From IMG/VR virus record IMGVR_UViG_3300028635_000004, positions 26,328 through 90,327 of that record: a stretch of 64,000 nt of DNA; one strand, 5' to 3'. Made by a program: the position numbers and the translations under genes. The notes beneath the pieces are model-generated. The model did not search any database. It was not told where the DNA came from and saw only the letters and a program-made list of their open reading frames with translations. This stretch comes from a virus. Lineage: Duplodnaviria; Caudoviricetes. Below, one piece after another: positions 40,831 through 46,721 of the stretch (its first letter is position 1; every line of letters begins with the position of its first letter).

Positions 40831-41179
40831 CCTTTTTGAATGTTTTTGGGTGTTAAAAATAAAGGGTGAGTTGTGATATAATATTAAATTCCAATAAGAA
40901 GTAATAAAAAAGCATAGTTAATTGAAATTATTCACATATATTGTTTTAGTAAATATTTCATTATATAATTAACTATGCTGTTTGCTTGTTTGTGAAAGAA
41001 CGGTTCATCTGCGTCAGGAAACTGTGCCGAGGTCTGAGGATGATACATTACGCAGATGATCTGGAATTCCTGGAGATACGAAAACTCACCCTTTATGTGA
41101 AAAAATACGGGGTAGTCACACGTGTTTAACCAATAACCAAGAGCACTATGAAGAGAATTGGGCCACCCCGTATTATGTT

Positions 41180-41554
41180 TTATTCATATGGTAAACTTTG
41201 AAAACCAAGTATAACAGTATCACCTACATGCCAAATATTTGGGTTGTATAGTGTAAGTGTTGTATTTTGGTGTTCAATCCTTTTAACCCTGTATTTATAA
41301 CCTTCAGTATATTCCAGCATATAATAAACAGGGTAAGATGAGTCCATAACAACACATTTTTCATATTTATGTATTGTTTTAACGGACTGTGATGTGCATG
41401 AATTCATGAGTAAGGCAATTATGAAGGCAAGTGCTAATATGAGTAGTACTTTGCCTGTGCCATACCAGAATAACGGGTCTTTTGATTCAACCTTTTTCAT
41501 ATCCTTTTTGTTATTAGTTTTGGTGTAGTAGTTGCCGTCATAAACATGTGGCAT
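41180..41554 (-). CDS. Putative membrane/lipoprotein
   Basis: Hydrophobic stretch ending LLMNSC; the start is probably MKKVES. Confidence 0.55.
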   Translation of the reverse strand: MPHVYDGNYYTKTNNKKDMKKVESKDPLFWYGTGKVLLILALAFIIALLMNSCTSQSVKTIHKYEKCVVMDSSYPVYYMLEYTEGYKYRVKRIEHQNTTLTLYNPNIWHVGDTVILGFQSLPYE

Positions 41555-41729
41555 TATATTCTTCTTCAGAATCGTACACTTCTAGAACTGCTATTAAATC
41601 ACTAGTTTCATCGACGTTGAAATAATATACTAGTTCAGTTAAGATACTTAGTTTTTCATCTTTTGGTAACGTTTTAAAATAAGCTTTAATGGCAGCTAGA
41701 ATTACGGGTTTAAATGTATTTGTTTCCAT
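41538..41729 (-). CDS. Small hypothetical protein
   Basis: ORF in operon orientation. Confidence 0.5.
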   Translation of the reverse strand: METNTFKPVILAAIKAYFKTLPKDEKLSILTELVYYFNVDETSDLIAVLEVYDSEEEYNATCL

Positions 41730-41797
41730 TTTGATTTGATTTAGGTGTTAATTTAGTAAAGCTATAAGAGTATAGCCCTTCGGAAGAAAAAAGGTGG

Positions 41798-41986
41798 CTA
41801 TTGCGCCACCTGCCATACGTCGTAAACAACCTTATTTTTATACTTCGAGGTCGTCACAACGAACGGTCCTTGCATGTGTCCCTGCTCGAGAGTGGTCTTA
41901 CCATTCGAGAGCATAAACTTCGTCCAATGCTTACCTTCTTTGCAGGTAAAACACTTTGAACCAACGACAGAAATCTTCTTTTCCAT
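41798..41986 (-). CDS. Small hypothetical protein (first gene of the - arm)
   Basis: ORF in operon orientation. Confidence 0.5.
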   Translation of the reverse strand: MEKKISVVGSKCFTCKEGKHWTKFMLSNGKTTLEQGHMQGPFVVTTSKYKNKVVYDVWQVAQ

Positions 41987-42226
41987 AGCACAAAATTTAG
42001 TGAGTTAGACATGTGAGTAGCCGGGGTGCTTCCCCTGCCGAACGAGAATAGGGGGGATGTTCTTAGGTCCTATCAACGCTCATGAATAAATACAAAAATT
42101 TATTAGCGCTTAAGGATATACATAAAAATTATATCAGCTCTTGGGGGGGGGATATATATAATAAGGTATAAAGACCAGGGTATGTGGAATAAACAACTAT
42201 ATTATATAAGTTTGACTACCTACAAC

Positions 42227-42254
42227 TGTAACATTATGTTATGTGATGCGTATA
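42227..42254 (+). promoter_or_regulatory. Putative ECF-sigma promoter P1 (TGTAAC-N16-CGTATA)
   Basis: Exact bipartite motif; ATG at 42275 lies 20 nt downstream. Confidence 0.7.
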
Positions 42255-42274
42255 ACCCTAAAACACTTTTTAAT

Positions 42275-42469
42275 ATGAATAATGACGACATGATGAAAAC
42301 ATTACTTCGGTTGCGTGAGGAAATTAAAGAGTTAAGTGAAGCCATTGAAAAAGACAATGAAGATGGCTATTTACTCAGACCATATGTTAGGCGTAGGTAT
42401 GAGGATTTACTAGAGATAGCAAGAGCTGAAGAAAGAGAGCTCTTAGGTGGTATATATATTGATAATTAA
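42275..42469 (+). CDS. Small helical hypothetical protein (start re-called at MNNDD)
   Basis: In frame with track ORF 42182-42469, whose 5' extension overlaps promoter P1. Confidence 0.55.
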   Translation: MNNDDMMKTLLRLREEIKELSEAIEKDNEDGYLLRPYVRRRYEDLLEIARAEERELLGGIYIDN

Positions 42470-42475
42470 TAAGGT

Positions 42476-42826
42476 ATGAAAGAGTATTTTAAGTTTAGGG
42501 AGGTTAATTTTACCCCTAGTACAAATAGGGTTATACTTAAATGTAATAAGTTTGCAACATATAAGCAACCCCAAAGATTTACAGACTTATCTGAGAATGA
42601 AGGTAAAGACCCGCAGAAGGATGAAATGGTTACTGAAATACGTAAAGTTGATGTAAAATATTATTATCAGATTATGGATGTGGTGGCACTCCCAGCAGAC
42701 GATAAGTCGGGTTATAAGGTTGGGGATAAAGTGTTAGTTGACTTTAGGGGTGTCAAGAAATTTGACTTATATAAAGACCTGTACTGGGCATGGCTCATGG
42801 ATATTGCAGGGAAAATTAATGAATAA
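42476..42826 (+). CDS. GroES-like (Cpn10 fold) protein
   Basis: P..NRVIL..VVALP..YKVGDKVLV pattern. Confidence 0.5.
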   Translation: MKEYFKFREVNFTPSTNRVILKCNKFATYKQPQRFTDLSENEGKDPQKDEMVTEIRKVDVKYYYQIMDVVALPADDKSGYKVGDKVLVDFRGVKKFDLYKDLYWAWLMDIAGKINE

Positions 42827-42883
42827 TTATGGCAGAAAAGCTATTAGCGCAATCAAAAAAGTTTTACATTTTAATCAATTTAA

Positions 42884-42911
42884 TGTAACCTTTTAAACAC
42901 CCACACGTATA
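42884..42911 (+). promoter_or_regulatory. Putative ECF-sigma promoter P2 (TGTAAC-N16-CGTATA)
   Basis: Exact bipartite motif in intergenic DNA. Confidence 0.7.
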
Positions 42912-43219
42912 ACCTATAAAAGCACAATCAAACCGCTACCTCAAGGGCTCACGCTGAAGAGCAAGAACCTCCAAGACCACGTTGACTTGCGTACAGGATT
43001 GGGGAGAACTGGGGGGAGATATTACAAGACATAGTAAGAAGGTCCTCCACAAGCCCGAAAGGTAGTTACAATGAAAAGCCTGGGCGTTACTTATCAATGC
43101 AAAAGTAGGGTAGGCAGGAACATCAGAAATGGGCGCCTGTCAGCACTGGCCAGGGCATTTAACTACTAAAACAGGCAAATGGCATAAATCTTGCCATTAA
43201 AGGGAAAGTTATATCTTTT

Positions 43220-43301
43220 AAGTTAATAAAGTTAATTAAGTTAAAAAAGTTAACATAAGTAACATAAGTAATATAAAGTATATAAGTAATATAAGTTCAC
43301 C
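43220..43301 (+). repeat. Nine degenerate ~9-bp tandem repeats (AAGT[T/A]A[A/C/T]..)
   Basis: AAGTTAATA AAGTTAATT AAGTTAAAA AAGTTAACAT AAGTAACAT AAGTAATAT AAAGTATAT AAGTAATAT AAGTTCACC. Confidence 0.85.
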
Positions 43302-43418
43302 TAAGGCAAGTGCTATTACCCAAAAAGTTTAAGTTAATTGATTGGTCAAGGGTTGGGTTATTAGTGTTAATTATACTTATGTTATATGTCTTAATATATT
43401 GTTTTAGCATCATTATAC

Positions 43419-43442
43419 AGCGCTGTTAAAGGCGCTTTTTTT
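43419..43442 (+). terminator. Intrinsic terminator
   Basis: AGCGC-TGTTAAAG-GCGCT followed by a T run. Confidence 0.65.
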
Positions 43443-43453
43443 ATGCCCTTTTG

Positions 43454-43481
43454 TGTAACTTTACCTCACATATAACGTATA
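43454..43481 (+). promoter_or_regulatory. Putative ECF-sigma promoter P3 (TGTAAC-N16-CGTATA)
   Basis: Exact bipartite motif immediately after the terminator and 23 nt before ATG 43505. Confidence 0.7.
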
Positions 43482-43504
43482 TTAGGTGTTAATTATTGTT
43501 TATT

Positions 43505-43771
43505 ATGGCAAAACAAGTTACTGATATACACAAAACAGTTGGGCGCCTAACAAAGTCTGTTAAGGCTTTGTGTGGCGAGTTTAGCGCCTTACACGACTCA
43601 GCTTTACTTATGTACAGCAATGAGATGAACATATACATTACTAAGGTGTTGGTTAGGCGTTGGCACAGGTACCTTAGGTGGCTTAAGGTTAAACGTTTCT
43701 TTGGCATTAAGTCAGCTAATATGTTAACTAAACCCATTAAGGTTAAATTATACACTCATGGCGAGCAATAG
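43505..43771 (+). CDS. Hypothetical protein
   Basis: ATG start MAKQ, in frame with the track ORF. Confidence 0.55.
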   Translation: MAKQVTDIHKTVGRLTKSVKALCGEFSALHDSALLMYSNEMNIYITKVLVRRWHRYLRWLKVKRFFGIKSANMLTKPIKVKLYTHGEQ

Positions 43772-44042
43772 GGTTATGCGTATCGGCGGCATGGCTATGT
43801 TAAATGACGCCAATGCTTCAAAGGGTATTGACGATGCTATATCGTTATGTACTCATGGTCCATGTTTGCGTAAGTCCAGTTGTGGCTTACGTGCTCACTT
43901 GTTAGACCTTTGTGCTGACTTTGGGGTGTTTATGCCCATAACAGGTTGTCGTAGTTATTTAACACAAGGTGACTATGACTTACCTATAGGTTTTGGTGAG
44001 TATAATGATGACGCGGGCGAGTATGTTAATGACGTAGAATAA
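43758..44042 (+). CDS. Cys-rich small protein
   Basis: CxxxxC..C..C..C pattern; overlaps the previous gene. Confidence 0.55.
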   Translation: MASNRVMRIGGMAMLNDANASKGIDDAISLCTHGPCLRKSSCGLRAHLLDLCADFGVFMPITGCRSYLTQGDYDLPIGFGEYNDDAGEYVNDVE

Positions 44043-44060
44043 TGTTATATTAATTAAATT

Positions 44061-44372
44061 GTGAATAATATGTTATATTTTATTAATAACGGTCACGAGC
44101 TTATAAAGGTGGCCAAGGCAGACAATAAAGTTACTAATCTGCATACTAAAGAGTCAAATCAAGTTGCGTATAGGCCCATGTACCTTATACGTGAAGACGG
44201 TACTATACTATATCATGATAATGTAACTCATGAAGGTCAGCGGCTTAAAGTTAAGGCTGGTGATGTAGTAGTTATACTTAATGACGGGGTACCGTTTATT
44301 ATTAAGGACAAGGCTTTTGGCTTAGCACTTGAAATGTTTTTTATTGAAGTAAATAAGCAACAAACAAAGTAG
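44061..44372 (+). CDS. Hypothetical beta-rich protein (ATG at 44070)
   Basis: ORF; resembles the next gene (E.GT...V..G.VV). Confidence 0.6.
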   Translation: MNNMLYFINNGHELIKVAKADNKVTNLHTKESNQVAYRPMYLIREDGTILYHDNVTHEGQRLKVKAGDVVVILNDGVPFIIKDKAFGLALEMFFIEVNKQQTK

Positions 44373-44374
44373 TT

Positions 44375-44749
44375 ATGGCAACAACAAACATTATATACAA
44401 ACAATGGGCTGGCATTGACCTTTTATGCATAAACACTAAGGACTTTACAGTTGCTACATTATCAGACCATGACGATGGTATACATATGTATGGTCGTTTA
44501 ACTGTTATTGAAGAGCCAGGTACATTAATATCAGCTGATGGTACGAAATATGACGTTGTACCGGGTAATGTTGTGTTTACTGCTCATGACGCATGTGTTG
44601 CTATTAAGGATCCTATATTAAGTACGGTTATTCGTAACACTATTACTGCGCGTCGTTCTGCAGCATCACGTGCGAATAAGCCACTCCTTAAGGCTGGGGC
44701 TATAGAGGAAGCTATGAACCGTGATAGGTCAGCAGGGTTAATTGACTAA
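44375..44749 (+). CDS. Hypothetical beta-rich protein
   Basis: ORF; possible paralog of 44061-44372. Confidence 0.6.
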   Translation: MATTNIIYKQWAGIDLLCINTKDFTVATLSDHDDGIHMYGRLTVIEEPGTLISADGTKYDVVPGNVVFTAHDACVAIKDPILSTVIRNTITARRSAASRANKPLLKAGAIEEAMNRDRSAGLID

Positions 44750-44771
44750 TATTAGATTAATAAATTAAGTT

Positions 44772-45104
44772 ATGGTTAAAGCCGAATTAAAAAACAATGG
44801 TGACTTTACTTTAAGTAAAGACAAGTTAATAATTAAGACCTTGGTTGATGGTGTAATGGGTCTTGAAAAAGGTTCTTGGCTCTACTACTTACCTCAAGAT
44901 GATATATATGAGTTTTCATATGCAAAGGAGGACAATCAGTCTGACATAGGTAGGTATTATTCATACAAGTCAGTTAGGGCTAGTATAGCTCGTGCAACTG
45001 TTGAATCATACATAGGTGAGTTATTTGCATATGTTACAGCCAACCTTGTTACTACAATTAGCGGTGACAATGAGGTTACTGATAATACTTGCAAAGATGG
45101 GTGA
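44772..45104 (+). CDS. Hypothetical protein
   Basis: ORF in operon orientation. Confidence 0.6.
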   Translation: MVKAELKNNGDFTLSKDKLIIKTLVDGVMGLEKGSWLYYLPQDDIYEFSYAKEDNQSDIGRYYSYKSVRASIARATVESYIGELFAYVTANLVTTISGDNEVTDNTCKDG

Positions 45105-45315
45105 TTATCAATTAATATTAAGGTGCTCATGTGGGTTTGTGGAGGTTCTTACAGAAATGGCCGAGAATGCTCTGCAGATCCACATAGGCTCTTCAGACAT
45201 TACTGAGGAGCATAATGAGTTAGTTTTAGACTGCAAGCAATGTGGTACTAAAATTGCTCTTGCATTAGTTAAAAAACCAAGTGATGTATCTACGGAAGTT
45301 TGTAACGCGGAATAA
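45097..45315 (+). CDS. Zinc-ribbon protein
   Basis: CSCG..CKQCG; start re-called at MGDYQ. Confidence 0.6.
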   Translation: MGDYQLILRCSCGFVEVLTEMAENALQIHIGSSDITEEHNELVLDCKQCGTKIALALVKKPSDVSTEVCNAE

Positions 45316-45667
45316 TTTTACAAGGGTATATATTACTGTCCTAAATGGTCTCCTACAACTTACGCCACGTGAGATCGACGTCTTTAGTGTATTAATGCAG
45401 ATTGAGTTAGCGTGGCAGCCTAAATTACCAGGCGACCTTAAGAATATTATGTCTACAGACAATAGGCGGTTAATAATGAAGGAGGCTAATATTAGTAAGG
45501 CTAATTTAACTAGGGCTGTAAAGAAGTTTATATCTATAGGTATAGTTGAAATATTGCCTGACGGTAGGTATATTATACCCGAGCTTATGAAGCCTATTAT
45601 AACTAGTGATAATAAAATTAATATTCATTTTGTGTTGGACCTTAATAAGCCTGTTAACAACGAGTAA
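45281..45667 (+). CDS. Winged-HTH (MarR-like) DNA-binding protein
   Basis: LTPREIDVF..IMKEANISKANLTRAVKKFISIGIV. Confidence 0.65.
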   Translation: MMYLRKFVTRNNFTRVYITVLNGLLQLTPREIDVFSVLMQIELAWQPKLPGDLKNIMSTDNRRLIMKEANISKANLTRAVKKFISIGIVEILPDGRYIIPELMKPIITSDNKINIHFVLDLNKPVNNE

Positions 45668-45669
45668 TA

Positions 45670-45728
45670 ATGTTATTAGTTAAACAAAAATGGCAAGGGT
45701 ATGCTATTAGTTAAACAAAAATGGCAAG
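45670..45728 (+). repeat. Tandem duplication of a gene start (28 nt x2, 1 mismatch)
   Basis: ATGTTATTAGTTAAACAAAAATGGCAAG-GGT-ATGCTATTAGTTAAACAAAAATGGCAAG. Confidence 0.9.
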
Positions 45729-46102
45729 ATGAGCTAATTCATACAATAGGCTTACTTACTATGAAAGAGGACAGGGTGGTAAAGAAAATAGTTTATCACC
45801 CTTTAGAATTTGCTAAGGCAGTAATGTCAAGTGATGATGACGAGCGCCCCATAAGGATACGTTACTTTGGGGTGTTTGCACTTAAACCTAATAGGTCTAA
45901 GGAGCGTACACGTAAATTTCAACATATATATAGGCACTATGACACATTTAAGGACATAGTTGCCTCATATGGTTATAATGTTGACACACTACCTGACTAT
46001 CAATCAGTGTTGAAGAAACACTTCTCAGGTAAGGGGATACGTTATATAGACGAAATATACGAGAAAGGCCTAGTTTTAAAACAATATCCAAAGGGGGTGT
46101 AA
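45701..46102 (+). CDS. IHF/HU-like protein
   Basis: PIRIRYFGVF beta-arm-like motif; position upstream of the terminase, as in crAss-like phages. Confidence 0.5.
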   Translation: MLLVKQKWQDELIHTIGLLTMKEDRVVKKIVYHPLEFAKAVMSSDDDERPIRIRYFGVFALKPNRSKERTRKFQHIYRHYDTFKDIVASYGYNVDTLPDYQSVLKKHFSGKGIRYIDEIYEKGLVLKQYPKGV

Positions 46103-46120
46103 ACATCCCCTTATTTTTTT
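46091..46120 (+). terminator. Intrinsic terminator
   Basis: AAGGGGGTG-TAAA-CATCCCCTT followed by ATTTTTTT. Confidence 0.75.
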
Positions 46121-46133
46121 ATGTATATCAGGC

Positions 46134-46673
46134 ATGAAGTTATTCGATATTCAACAAGGCAAGGTAGTAATGAACCCTACTATGCTTTGGGTGCCAGAGT
46201 TTAGGGCTCTGTGGGACCGTGACAAGACCAAGTCTAAGGAGCAAGCTGTAAATGAAATATCCTATGTGGTATTCCTACATGATTTTAGGTCTCCTTATAT
46301 GGCGTATGCCTCTATAGACCGTGAGTCTCGTGTACGTCAAGACTGTTTTAAGTCTAAAAAATGGCAACCTGACGCTGCTATAAAGGCTGCAATAGCCAAG
46401 TATAAGGAGCTTCAGAGCACACCAATATCCAGGCTCCTACAATCTGCAATGGACACTTGTGACAAAATGACAGACTATTTTAATAATGTAGACTTTAATA
46501 AGGTTGACCATAATGGTAAACCTATATTTACATTAAAGGAGGTTTCTAGTGTTATGAAAGACATTGGGGACATTGTCTCCTCATTGGAGTCTTTAAAGGA
46601 CAAGGTTGAACGTGAGCAACTTGAGAAAGGTTCTATACGCGGTGGTGGTTCTATAGGTATGTTTGAAAGGTAG
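46134..46673 (+). CDS. Conserved crAss-like protein upstream of TerL (candidate small terminase)
   Basis: Synteny with terL; helical sequence; function inferred. Confidence 0.55.
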   Translation: MKLFDIQQGKVVMNPTMLWVPEFRALWDRDKTKSKEQAVNEISYVVFLHDFRSPYMAYASIDRESRVRQDCFKSKKWQPDAAIKAAIAKYKELQSTPISRLLQSAMDTCDKMTDYFNNVDFNKVDHNGKPIFTLKEVSSVMKDIGDIVSSLESLKDKVEREQLEKGSIRGGGSIGMFER

Positions 46674-46674
46674 T

Positions 46675-46721
46675 ATGTTTGAGTTACCATTAAAGGTGTT
46701 ATGTTTGAGTTACCATTAAAG
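46675..46721 (+). repeat. Tandem duplication of the terL start (21 nt x2, exact)
   Basis: ATGTTTGAGTTACCATTAAAG-GTGTT-ATGTTTGAGTTACCATTAAAG. Confidence 0.9.

Larger units (their letters stand above)
42917..43442 (+). ncRNA. Candidate ~525-nt non-coding (or micropeptide) transcript
   Basis: Bounded by P2 and a T-tailed hairpin; no ORF of 60 aa or more; hairpins at 43052-43087, 43135-43176 and 43178-43198. Confidence 0.4.

Noticed and set aside
42182-42274. 5' extension of ORF 42182-42469
   Set aside because: Overlaps promoter motif P1; ATG 42275 is the more plausible start
43026-43036. AAGACATAGT resembling a group I intron S element
   Set aside because: No R/P/Q elements, no interrupted gene and no terminal G context
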